Of a stretch of 54,836 bases of DNA, positions 17,220 to 26,188 are shown piece by piece. The notes under the pieces are model-generated. The model did no database searches. It was given only the letters and a program-made list of their open reading frames with translations, and was not told where the DNA came from. Every line of letters begins with the position of its first letter. Positions within the stretch are counted from its first letter, which is position 1. Made by a program: the position numbers and the translations under genes. The stretch is from a virus. The DNA lies in IMG/VR virus record IMGVR_UViG_3300024988_000006; one strand, 5' to 3'.

Positions 17220-17507
17220 ATGGAAGTTAAGACGTTTAAATTTACAAATGGCGACGAAATCATGGGACGTGTTGTGGAGTGGTCCGATGATGTAACATAC
17301 AAGGTAGAAAAACCGAGAGGATTGTTACCCCAAAATATGGGGAATGGTCAAGTTGGTATTGCTTTTGTACCATGGGTCATCAGTAATCCAGATGGCGCTG
17401 TAGAAATTCTCAAATCAGCGCTCGCTATGACGCCTATGTCGCCGTCTAAAGAAATGGAAGATGCGTATCTTTCACAAACAACGGGTTTACAATTAGTGAC
17501 TGGATAA
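17220..17507 (+). CDS. Sm-like (LSm-fold) phage protein
   Basis: K-F-x-NGDEIMG...V-x-KP...IAFVPW...Y pattern seen in Sm-like proteins of T4-like phages; AAGGAG RBS. Confidence 0.6.
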   Translation: MEVKTFKFTNGDEIMGRVVEWSDDVTYKVEKPRGLLPQNMGNGQVGIAFVPWVISNPDGAVEILKSALAMTPMSPSKEMEDAYLSQTTGLQLVTG

Positions 17508-17510
17508 AAT

Positions 17511-18512
17511 ATGTCGGTTGTGGTTTATAAATGTGATACGTGCAAGCGCGAAATCGAACTCCCGCAAAATAAGCAGGGTATTGAAGTGGTTGGGCGTTGT
17601 ATCATTACAAGCAATTGTAAGGGTTCACTTGTACAAGAGGCTGTAAAAGCTTCTTATGTAAGAGGTAAACTACCTCCCGAAGACCCGACAGGCTTACAGG
17701 ACTGGACCCCAAGACGCGTCTTTTACAACCACAACCAAACTATTGCATCGAAAAAGTGGACAATTGACCACAATCTTGGCACCAACCCTTCGGTGCAAGT
17801 GTATGTTTACACAGTAGACAATCACCTTGTTGAGACAACACCACTTTCCGTAACATACACCAATCCTTATCAAGCTGTGGTTGAATTTCACGACTCTTTA
17901 ACGGGTGTGGCACAGTGTGTTGCTCGTTCCACAGCTACACAATCACAAATAACACCCAAATATGTGGAGACGAGTGTTGTCGCTCCACTAACAATAACTG
18001 GCGGTGATATTTTAACGATTGCTACATTAAGTACAGAAGCAGAAATAACACTTCATGCTCAATTTATATCACCCATCTTTTTTACACAAACAGCCGAATT
18101 AGAATTTGATTTTATCAGCAGTGAACCATCCTTCCTTTCGCCATGGCGAAATACACACAAATTGTTTATCAATGGTAAATTATACACCGTGAGAACAGCT
18201 GTAGTTAACTCTACCATTTTGAATAGCAACATCGATCCTGCATCGCCGTTCTATTTTAGTTATGTTACAACACAAGGACTAACCGTTCCTGTCGGTGGTG
18301 ATCACACAAATAGAATACGTCAGGGTGATATTTTTGTGTTATTGTCAACAGATCCATATGAATCAACAGATCGAACACTAACAAAAGTATTTGATATTAC
18401 GGATATCGATTCAGCCAATGTTGTAGCTTCGTCATATCAGTCTGAAGGCAATCTGTACATCAATGACAACATTCCTAGGTCGGTTTATCCTGCAATTAAG
18501 ATTGTCAACTAA
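17511..18512 (+). CDS. structural protein with an N-terminal CxxC...C-x4-C motif and a W-x-I-x-HNLG domain
   Basis: CDTC...CIITSNC followed by KWTIDHNLGTNPSVQVY. Confidence 0.7.
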   Translation: MSVVVYKCDTCKREIELPQNKQGIEVVGRCIITSNCKGSLVQEAVKASYVRGKLPPEDPTGLQDWTPRRVFYNHNQTIASKKWTIDHNLGTNPSVQVYVYTVDNHLVETTPLSVTYTNPYQAVVEFHDSLTGVAQCVARSTATQSQITPKYVETSVVAPLTITGGDILTIATLSTEAEITLHAQFISPIFFTQTAELEFDFISSEPSFLSPWRNTHKLFINGKLYTVRTAVVNSTILNSNIDPASPFYFSYVTTQGLTVPVGGDHTNRIRQGDIFVLLSTDPYESTDRTLTKVFDITDIDSANVVASSYQSEGNLYINDNIPRSVYPAIKIVN

Positions 18513-18520
18513 AGTTTTTG

Positions 18521-18549
18521 TTGCCATGTTGTATTGTAGCATCTATACT
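18521..18549 (+). promoter_or_regulatory. sigma70-type promoter for the helicase
   Basis: TTGCCA, 17-nt spacer, TATACT. Confidence 0.65.
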
Positions 18550-18577
18550 TTAGATACAACAAAAAATAATAAAATAT

Positions 18578-19903
18578 ATGAATACAGAAAAACAAAAATT
18601 ACTCATAGAGTATCTTATCTCGTCGCCTGATGTATTTGCACTGACGACATCAATCATCAAACCAACGTACTTTGATCCCGAGTTTCGGAATAGTATTAAG
18701 TTCATTCAAAGTTACTACAACAAGTACAATACCACACCAGACGTTGAACAAGTAAGAGCAGAAACAGATGTTGAGCTCAAACAACAAGCAATTTCAAAAG
18801 ATAAAATTGAATATTGTTCCAACGAAATTGAAGCATTCTGCAAAGAAAGAGCCATAACAGAAGCCATTTTATCTTGTCCGGAGTTGTTGGACAAGGGAGA
18901 TTATGGAAAGATAGAAACTATAATCAAAACCGCGATAACCACATCGTTGCATAGAAGTTTGGGGGTAAATTTTTTCGATGACCCCGAAAATATGTTAAAA
19001 CGGTTAGTGGATAGTCCTGCTATTCCGACTGGCTACGATGAGTTTGACGAAATCTTGGGTGGCGGTCTTAACAGACAACAAATGTTGTTGCTATCCGCTA
19101 ACTCGGGTGGTGGTAAATCGATGGTGATGGCTAATTTTGGCCTCAACTTGGCCGAAAGAGGACTGAAGGTTCTTTACATAAGTCTCGAGTTACCCGTCAC
19201 AATGATCTACAAACGATACATCAGTATGGTTACTGGCATATCACAACGAGACATTACATCACGGTCGAGTGAAGTTGTTCAAAAAATCAAACAAGCAAGC
19301 AAAATAACCGAGCAAATTGTTATAGAGCAGATGCCTGTTGGAACAACAGCAAACGAAATTCGAGCATTTCTAAAAGAATTTGAACTCAAATATGGTTACG
19401 TCCCAGATGTATTAATTGTGGACTATCTCGACTTAATGAGCCCGAACGAAAAGGTGTCGGCAGATAACGTCTTCGAAAAAGATAAGCGGTCTGCAGAACA
19501 ACTACGCCAAATTCTTATCGACTATGATATGATTGGCATAACAGCTTCACAACAAAATAGGGGGGCGGTGAGTGCAACAGATCTCAACCACAGTCACATT
19601 GCTGGTGGTATAAGTAAGATCAACACAACCGATACATATATGTCAATTATCATGACGGACACAATGAAAGCAGCTGGTGAAATGGCATGGCAATTTCTGA
19701 AAACACGTTCCAGCGACGGTGTTGGAAAAATGATATACCTCAAATGGAATAGGGTAGCACTACGGGTCGAAAACAGGGAACAATCTAAAGATTCGTTGAC
19801 ATTTAACAAGAAAACAGCAGATAATAAATCTACTGCGAACGATTCCAAGGACCCTAATCCGCAAGGTGGGGGTAAGGGAATTTTGGATCTTATTAAGCTG
19901 TAG
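18578..19903 (+). CDS. DnaB-like replicative helicase (T4 gp41-like)
   Basis: Walker A ANSGGGKS, YISLEL, Walker B LIVDYLDLM, TASQQNR and KTR. Confidence 0.93.
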   Translation: MNTEKQKLLIEYLISSPDVFALTTSIIKPTYFDPEFRNSIKFIQSYYNKYNTTPDVEQVRAETDVELKQQAISKDKIEYCSNEIEAFCKERAITEAILSCPELLDKGDYGKIETIIKTAITTSLHRSLGVNFFDDPENMLKRLVDSPAIPTGYDEFDEILGGGLNRQQMLLLSANSGGGKSMVMANFGLNLAERGLKVLYISLELPVTMIYKRYISMVTGISQRDITSRSSEVVQKIKQASKITEQIVIEQMPVGTTANEIRAFLKEFELKYGYVPDVLIVDYLDLMSPNEKVSADNVFEKDKRSAEQLRQILIDYDMIGITASQQNRGAVSATDLNHSHIAGGISKINTTDTYMSIIMTDTMKAAGEMAWQFLKTRSSDGVGKMIYLKWNRVALRVENREQSKDSLTFNKKTADNKSTANDSKDPNPQGGGKGILDLIKL

Positions 19904-19936
19904 TAAATAACTAACCATTTTTAAAGGAGAAACATA

Positions 19937-20248
19937 ATGGCTATTGAAGAAATTAAGGAATTGGATGTTGATGGTGTTAAAGTATTGGTTTCGGACCTTT
20001 CTGCCTCGCAACAGCGTTACGTGAAGGTTTATCAAGACACTCTTCAACAAAAAGCAGATGCAGAAGATGCCATCATTGGTTTTAATGCGGCTCTTCGTGC
20101 ACTATCTAACGATCTTGTTGTTTCGATTCGTGCCGATCGTGAAAAGGCTGCAGCAGACGTCGCCGCTGCTAGCGAAGTTGTCACCGATGTGGTCGATGCT
20201 CCCACAACACCTGTAGCTGATCCAGCCGGCGATACCTCCGCTGCTTAA
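19937..20248 (+). CDS. hypothetical coiled-coil protein
   Basis: AAGGAG RBS; VDG-x-x-x-x-V-x-DLS N-terminus common in phage small proteins. Confidence 0.7.
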   Translation: MAIEEIKELDVDGVKVLVSDLSASQQRYVKVYQDTLQQKADAEDAIIGFNAALRALSNDLVVSIRADREKAAADVAAASEVVTDVVDAPTTPVADPAGDTSAA

Positions 20249-20259
20249 AGGTTGGAAGT

Positions 20260-20565
20260 ATGTTAAAATCACACAAAATTAGTAATATTCGTTATACAAA
20301 AGATGAAGGTGAAACAACTGTACGCACAATTATTCCAACCTATGTGCCTGTACAGAACATCAAAGCACTAGACATTAGTGAGCTTACTGCCACGGAACGC
20401 CGAGATATGGAAGCACTCGTTGATGAGTATTACAACGACTATCTTCAGGCAAAAAAGGCAGCAACCTTTACTCTCGAAGATTGGCTCCACGCATCTGGGT
20501 ATCTTCACATGAGCACTAAAGTAAAGTGGCGTACTTTTAAAGCAAACAACGTCGAAGAAGTGTAA
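20260..20565 (+). CDS. WYL/SH3-like small protein
   Basis: IRYTK-x-x-GE-x-T-x-RTIIP...WRTFK resembles the WYL-type SH3 fold. Confidence 0.5.
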   Translation: MLKSHKISNIRYTKDEGETTVRTIIPTYVPVQNIKALDISELTATERRDMEALVDEYYNDYLQAKKAATFTLEDWLHASGYLHMSTKVKWRTFKANNVEEV

Positions 20566-20602
20566 TCACACAACTATAACAATAACAACTTTGTGTAAAT
20601 AC

Positions 20603-20633
20603 AAGACCCAGCCGTAGCGTTGGGTCTTTTTTT
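20603..20633 (+). terminator. intrinsic terminator
   Basis: AAGACCCA-loop-TGGGTCTT followed by a T-run. Confidence 0.75.
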
Positions 20634-20643
20634 ATCAAACACT

Positions 20644-20651
20644 AATAAATA
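20644..20651 (+). promoter_or_regulatory. late promoter box
   Basis: AATAAATA just after a terminator and before ATG 20677. Confidence 0.65.
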
Positions 20652-20676
20652 TCAGTAATAATGTTGGAGAAACCTA

Positions 20677-22191
20677 ATGAAATTTGCGCAGTTTTTCGAA
20701 AATAGTGCAGTAACCAAAAATGGACGGGTGGTCATGGTGCATGAAGGCATTGACCACATCGAGGCGTTGCCTATTGATGAGTTTTTACATGCTGTTGAAA
20801 ACCTTTCCGACTTTATTGCAAGTGAGAAGTTGGATGGCGCAAATTTGATCTTTGGTTTTGACGAGGATGATCGTTTCTATACAAGCAGAGAAGCGAAACG
20901 AGGTGGCAGATTCTACAAAGTAGAAGACTGGGAAAATAAAGCGGCCTGGAACGGATTTAAAAGTGCTCATTCGGCATTACAAAAGGTTGCTCCTCTGCTT
21001 CGCACAGTTATGAAAAAAGGTGATGCTACAGAATGTGAGATTCTGTTCGGTCGCCAACCAAATGCAATCGTTTATGGGTCATCCTATATTGCATTTCTTC
21101 GCATGATCATCGGAGATAATAAGGAACAACCCGATCAAGGCAAGATCAAACGGCTCACAAAGGTGATGGAGGGTGAGGTTGTTTCCGTCACCACCTCTCA
21201 CATCACTACTGATGATGGTATTAAACTCAAAACCGAAACAGTCGATCACACATGGAGATTTACATCAACATCCTTTATTGATGCTCACCACTTTAAAAAA
21301 GTTGATGTTAGTGGCGAATTGGAAGACTTGCGTAAATTTTTAGGAAAACTGAATCCAGCAGGAAAATTGGGTTTAACCAACGGCGAAATTATGTTGGTAA
21401 AACTGAATACTGTTCCAAAAAACATCAGAGATGAAGTTAAAACAGCTCGTGATGAAGTATTAACGTCAGTTGAGCACCAGTACAAGTTACCTATTAAAGA
21501 AAAACTACTTGATTCTATTATCAGAAAACTTGCACCAAGTTTACGTGATGTGGAAATCCATTCACACGAAGACACGGGTATTGAGGGTGCAGTTTTTATG
21601 AACCCATCCTCTTTAAAACAATTCAAAATAGTAGATAAGGACGTGTTTACAATTATTAATCGTTTTAATCACGCTATACGTGAGCAAATCAAAAATACTG
21701 GCATGGGTTCACCACGAATTCCTGGTAACGCATCACTCGGTATCGAAGGCGACATTTTTGGTAATATGCTACGTGATATCGCAGATGTTCTTGGAGCACC
21801 CGAATTTGGACAATATACAAATATCACACGAGCATTGCGGCAATATGCCGGTAATACTTCCGCAGAAACAACACGCAATTTATCACAACAGATTCCGACT
21901 CGCAACCCCCAAACTGCAAAAACAGGAGTCGTCCGTGCGCTAAATAAAGCATTAAAAAGTTTGGATTCAGCATTGTTAAAATACAACAGCGAGTGGAAAA
22001 ATTACAGACTCCACCTCAAATCGGGTCGTGAAATTGCCTTTACGGACGAAATTCACAAACGGACTCTAATGACTTTTGCTGAAGTTCGTCAAGAAATGAC
22101 TGAATTATTACATGGTGTGCAAAATGCAGATAGCGTTGAAGGCATTTTAACTGTATTGTACGGCCGACAATTACAAAGTATCCATAAATAA
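20677..22191 (+). CDS. ligase-fold (KxDG) nucleotidyltransferase-like protein, probably virion-packaged
   Basis: SEKLDGAN, YTSR, ECEILF, IEGAVF and FKIVD correspond to ligase motifs I, Ia, III, IV and V; MKFAQFFE N-terminus; late box. Confidence 0.7.
   Translation: MKFAQFFENSAVTKNGRVVMVHEGIDHIEALPIDEFLHAVENLSDFIASEKLDGANLIFGFDEDDRFYTSREAKRGGRFYKVEDWENKAAWNGFKSAHSALQKVAPLLRTVMKKGDATECEILFGRQPNAIVYGSSYIAFLRMIIGDNKEQPDQGKIKRLTKVMEGEVVSVTTSHITTDDGIKLKTETVDHTWRFTSTSFIDAHHFKKVDVSGELEDLRKFLGKLNPAGKLGLTNGEIMLVKLNTVPKNIRDEVKTARDEVLTSVEHQYKLPIKEKLLDSIIRKLAPSLRDVEIHSHEDTGIEGAVFMNPSSLKQFKIVDKDVFTIINRFNHAIREQIKNTGMGSPRIPGNASLGIEGDIFGNMLRDIADVLGAPEFGQYTNITRALRQYAGNTSAETTRNLSQQIPTRNPQTAKTGVVRALNKALKSLDSALLKYNSEWKNYRLHLKSGREIAFTDEIHKRTLMTFAEVRQEMTELLHGVQNADSVEGILTVLYGRQLQSIHK
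22183..22190 (+). promoter_or_regulatory. late promoter box
   Basis: CATAAATA before ATG 22215. Confidence 0.6.
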
Positions 22192-22214
22192 AGAAAACAT
22201 AAGAGGAATTTCCT

Positions 22215-23270
22215 ATGAAATTTATTAAAGAACTGTTGACCGATGGGGCCATGCCTGCCACAGTTATCAAACAAAAAGAAAAAATCCGTATGATGTCGGA
22301 CACAGAGCGCCGAGATTACTTCGCCGGTAAGGGTAAAGATGCTGCCCAGCGCATGGAACGTACACATGCTGTTAAGCCAGGAACATACACAAAATACTTT
22401 AATGATGTTGTTAAAGAGGATGCGGCCGCAGGATCTGTCAGCGGTGGAGATGTTGCCGGTGCTCGTGGTTCACTGTTTGGTGGACCGGTAATTAAAAGAA
22501 AAATTCCAAAAGCGGAAAAGGTTACCAAATTAAAATTTTCGCATGCTGCTAACTGGAATCTGCGTGAAAGCTTCATGGCTTCATTGTTAGAAGACGGTAA
22601 ATTCAACTCCGCGGATGTGGTATCCAAATTAACTGCGGCTGAAGAACAAGAAACCTTTGACAGAAACACGGTTCCGTTTGGTATCGAGGATGATAATGGC
22701 AACATTGTTAAGGTCTATGTTCGACCAGAACAAGCTGATGACTTTGAACGTGTTTTGGGCAGTACAGTGGCAGACACAGCCATAAATGGTAAAGAAATTG
22801 CAGAGATTTTGTTTAATTTGAAGGACAAATTTGATATCGTTCAAGTTGAGTGGCCTCCTCTTCCCGAAGATGAAGAAGAAAATGTAGAAATGTCTGGCAC
22901 GGAAGGCGATTTGGAAATGAATGATGCAGAGGGCGCTGCTGGAGCTGAAGGTGATATGGAGCTTGATAGTGAACAACCACCCGAAGAAGACTCTTCCGTG
23001 AAAAGTGCTCTCGACAAGGTTATCGACATGTTAAAGGCTGATGCGGAGGCCAGAAAAGCTGAAGCGGAGGCAAAAGAACAAGAAGCCAAAGCAAAAGAAG
23101 CCGAATATGCCGCAAAAATAGCCGACCAAAAGGTTAAATCTGAAGAAGAAGTGTTGGATATGGAAGCATATTACAAAGACAAAAATGATGAGCGTAAAGA
23201 AGCACAAAAATTAATGAAACTTGCCAAGTATAGACACGATTTGGCCAAAGATGCTGAAGAGGGTTTATAA
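22215..23270 (+). CDS. acidic coiled-coil protein, putative prohead core/internal head protein
   Basis: MKFIKELL start, LRE/LLE/VKE putative processing sites, E/D-rich linker and EAKA coiled coil. Confidence 0.65.
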   Translation: MKFIKELLTDGAMPATVIKQKEKIRMMSDTERRDYFAGKGKDAAQRMERTHAVKPGTYTKYFNDVVKEDAAAGSVSGGDVAGARGSLFGGPVIKRKIPKAEKVTKLKFSHAANWNLRESFMASLLEDGKFNSADVVSKLTAAEEQETFDRNTVPFGIEDDNGNIVKVYVRPEQADDFERVLGSTVADTAINGKEIAEILFNLKDKFDIVQVEWPPLPEDEEENVEMSGTEGDLEMNDAEGAAGAEGDMELDSEQPPEEDSSVKSALDKVIDMLKADAEARKAEAEAKEQEAKAKEAEYAAKIADQKVKSEEEVLDMEAYYKDKNDERKEAQKLMKLAKYRHDLAKDAEEGL

Positions 23271-23272
23271 TA

Positions 23273-23542
23273 ATGAGACCAACATTTAAATCGTTTTTGT
23301 TGAATGAAGATGCTGCGGCCGATGTATTAAATCTCCAAATGCAGTTAACACAATTGCAGGCAAGAAAGGCCAACCAAGACAAAACAATCGATACTCAAAT
23401 TATGAGAATTCAAAATTTGTTAGCTCAAAAACAAAAGTTGCTGGCCAATCAAAACAAGCAGGCTCAGGCACAAACACCACCTGCTGCACCAACAGCAACA
23501 CCGGCTCCTGGTGCAACGCCCAATGCTGGTCAAACACAATAA
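23273..23542 (+). CDS. putative internal head protein
   Basis: MRPTFKSFLLNE resembles the T4 capsid-targeting sequence; Q-rich coil and P/A tail. Confidence 0.6.
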   Translation: MRPTFKSFLLNEDAAADVLNLQMQLTQLQARKANQDKTIDTQIMRIQNLLAQKQKLLANQNKQAQAQTPPAAPTATPAPGATPNAGQTQ

Positions 23543-23552
23543 GGAGATTTAA

Positions 23553-23891
23553 ATGGCCGCTACATATACAAACGAAAACATCAAATTTGATGGTACATTA
23601 TATTCAGCTTATGTAATAGAAGTGGTGGGTGCTGACAAATTCCTAATTCCCGCTGAAAGCATGGACGCAAAAATTGCGGCCGATGTGGAGTTGTTAGATG
23701 TTGCTATTGGCCCGCTTCCAGCAGCAAACGGAGTTAATTTAACAAAAACTTTTATGCTTGACAACGGTACATCTTTCTATGATACTTATCATGCTATCAT
23801 TAAAAAAGTTGGCGCCTCTCCTGAACACGCATCGCCCGTAGATGGCGATATGAAGTATTGGAATGGAACTGCCTGGGTTCTTATCGTTTAA
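23553..23891 (+). CDS. small virion-associated protein
   Basis: AAGGAG RBS; ends in a MKYWNGTAW beta motif typical of fibre/decoration proteins. Confidence 0.6.
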   Translation: MAATYTNENIKFDGTLYSAYVIEVVGADKFLIPAESMDAKIAADVELLDVAIGPLPAANGVNLTKTFMLDNGTSFYDTYHAIIKKVGASPEHASPVDGDMKYWNGTAWVLIV

Positions 23892-23903
23892 TAGAAAATA
23901 TCA

Positions 23904-24566
23904 ATGACGTTTAATCATATTCCACTTCAGCTGGAAGAAATGAGCACGAAGGATGTAAAAGGTAAACGGTGGTATGTTACTCCACACGGAGACATGTATC
24001 CATCCATCACAACACTACTGAGTAATAAACCTAAACCACATCTGGAAAATTGGCGGAAAATGCTTGGTGAAGACAAGGCCGCCAAAGAAACTGCTCGTTG
24101 TGCCGACAGAGGCACATCTGTTCACCTTATGGCTGAACGTTTTCTTAATAATGAAGAAAATCCCACAAGGGAGCAAACAAACAAAAACATCAAACTGTTC
24201 AACCAAATCAGATTGGTGCTCAAGAACAAAATTAACAATATTCGTGCACAAGAAGTTCCTCTTTATAGTGATGTTTTGGGTGTTGCTGGTCGTGTGGACT
24301 GCATTGCCGAATATGAGGGGGTGTTATCTGTCATTGATTTTAAAACATCCAACAACAACAAAACAGAAGAAATGATTGAGGATTATTTGTTACAAGAAAC
24401 ATTTTATGCTCTTGCGTACTATGAATTAACAGGTGAATCCGTCCAACAAATTGTTACGATTATGGCTGTTGAAAAGGGCATTATGCCGTTAGTTTGGAAA
24501 AAACCCATCACTCCGTATATCTCACCCCTACAAAAACGAGTGACTGAGTTCTACAATTCGTTATAA
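23904..24566 (+). CDS. PD-(D/E)XK exonuclease
   Basis: YPSITT, RGTSVH, E...AGRVD...IDFKTS and Q-x-x-x-Y. Confidence 0.88.
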   Translation: MTFNHIPLQLEEMSTKDVKGKRWYVTPHGDMYPSITTLLSNKPKPHLENWRKMLGEDKAAKETARCADRGTSVHLMAERFLNNEENPTREQTNKNIKLFNQIRLVLKNKINNIRAQEVPLYSDVLGVAGRVDCIAEYEGVLSVIDFKTSNNNKTEEMIEDYLLQETFYALAYYELTGESVQQIVTIMAVEKGIMPLVWKKPITPYISPLQKRVTEFYNSL

Positions 24567-24569
24567 ATA
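24562..24569 (+). promoter_or_regulatory. late promoter
   Basis: Perfect TATAAATA before ATG 24586. Confidence 0.7.
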
Positions 24570-24585
24570 ACACAAAGGTGAAATT

Positions 24586-25515
24586 ATGAACGAATTTAAA
24601 GATATAGCTGAATTAACACAATATTTTACTAGTGGGCAACTTGCTGAGTTACCGGCCACTATTACCGTCGGTGATACTAAGTATACCTACTCCGAAGAAT
24701 ATCACATTGAGCTTCACGAAACTATTGAAACATCAAACAAACCCAAGTTTGCATTAATATACGAATCTGAAGATGGTATTAATTATGCTATTTTTGGGTG
24801 GAATATGGATAATAAGTTGCAAGCCATTCCTTCATCCGTACAAGTTGTTGAGCGTCCTCTTCACGAAATAGATAATCGCGATGTTGCACGTTCGTATGAG
24901 GAGAAAACTGTTGGCACGTCACTAGATATCATTCTTATGGGACTAAACGACAACCAACCAATCAAGTGTAAAGTTGATACAGGTGCTGAATTGTGTTCAT
25001 TAGACGCACAAAACATCAGAATCATTCCAAACCAATATGAAGAAGGGGAGTTAGTTAAATTTACCTTCAATGACAAGGTGTATACTGTCGCATTAAAACA
25101 ACAACAGGCTGTTCAATCTGCAGATGGTGGTGTTAAATATCGTCCCGTCATCTCACTAAGTGTTAAATACAACGGACAAGTATACTCGGAGGTTGATTTT
25201 AACTTAAATGACCGCAGTGATATGCCAGATCCTGTACTTTTGGGCATGAATTTTCTCAAAACATGTGACTTATTGATTGACCCCAAAAAGGAATCTTTGG
25301 AATTGGGTATAAGTGACGATAAAGAAATGCTCATCAAGCTCATCGAAGCAGCCCCAGCTTCACCATGTATTACAAACGATAAACAACCTGTTAACGAAGA
25401 CCAAATCAAACACTTTATCGAAGCTATGTATAACAATCCGCACATCTCATTTGCTGATATTATACGTCACCTGAAGTCTGATACCCTGAAGACACTCGAA
25501 TCCATGATGTTCTAA
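24586..25515 (+). CDS. retropepsin-like aspartic peptidase (RimK-associated 'ATP-dependent Zn protease' family) with N- and C-terminal extensions
   Basis: KVDTGAELCSLDA, RPVI and LNDRSDM...LLG-x-NFL. Confidence 0.82.
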   Translation: MNEFKDIAELTQYFTSGQLAELPATITVGDTKYTYSEEYHIELHETIETSNKPKFALIYESEDGINYAIFGWNMDNKLQAIPSSVQVVERPLHEIDNRDVARSYEEKTVGTSLDIILMGLNDNQPIKCKVDTGAELCSLDAQNIRIIPNQYEEGELVKFTFNDKVYTVALKQQQAVQSADGGVKYRPVISLSVKYNGQVYSEVDFNLNDRSDMPDPVLLGMNFLKTCDLLIDPKKESLELGISDDKEMLIKLIEAAPASPCITNDKQPVNEDQIKHFIEAMYNNPHISFADIIRHLKSDTLKTLESMMF

Positions 25516-25565
25516 ATACCTTGTAAACTCTAATATATAACTATTGGAGTTAAAGGAGAACCTGC

Positions 25566-26186
25566 ATGGAAGTGAAATCACCATTTTTAATCATTCAAGA
25601 TTTTGTATCACCATTATTGTGTGAGCAAATTATTGATGATTTAGAAGCATACGAGCCTGACGTGGATGTACACGGCAAACCCGTGAAAGCTATTCGTTCT
25701 AATGAACAATATGAAGCGATATTGTTTGAAAAATTGCAAACGGTTATTCCGACCATCGAAATGCATTATGGCATTACATATAAAGGCACCGAATCAATTA
25801 ATTTTGAATGGATTCCACAAGAAGCCCACGGTGATCCGATATGTGAAAATAGTTCATACCTACGTAAACAGTGGCTAAGAACACGCGAACGTGACTTGTC
25901 AGCAATGCTTTTCTTGTGTGATTACCAAGACAAAGTACCGTTTGATTCTGATTATGAGATTTATGGTGGAAAATTTGAATTTCCACAACACAGTTTTGGC
26001 TTTAATGCTCAACGCGGCACTCTTGTGGTGTACCCAAGTGATCCACACTTCATCAACGTAAATGCACCAGTAACATACGGGGATTTGTTTCAGGTAAGAA
26101 TGCAAATAACAGCCACTGCGCCTTTCATATACAACCCAAAAGATTTTCCAGGTGATTACCGTACTTGGTTTAAAGAATTTGTCTAA
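25566..26186 (+). CDS. 2OG-Fe(II) oxygenase-fold protein with degenerate metal ligands
   Basis: IIQDFVS...C, RDLSAMLFL-x-D, Y-x-GG-x-F-x-F and GTLVVYPS; the HxD and distal His are not evident. Confidence 0.7.
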   Translation: MEVKSPFLIIQDFVSPLLCEQIIDDLEAYEPDVDVHGKPVKAIRSNEQYEAILFEKLQTVIPTIEMHYGITYKGTESINFEWIPQEAHGDPICENSSYLRKQWLRTRERDLSAMLFLCDYQDKVPFDSDYEIYGGKFEFPQHSFGFNAQRGTLVVYPSDPHFINVNAPVTYGDLFQVRMQITATAPFIYNPKDFPGDYRTWFKEFV

Positions 26187-26188
26187 AC

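Noticed and set aside
23904-24566. Cas4 / CRISPR adaptation gene
   Set aside because: It is a PD-(D/E)XK nuclease without the four-Cys Fe-S cluster pattern, with no cas genes or array nearby; a common phage exonuclease.
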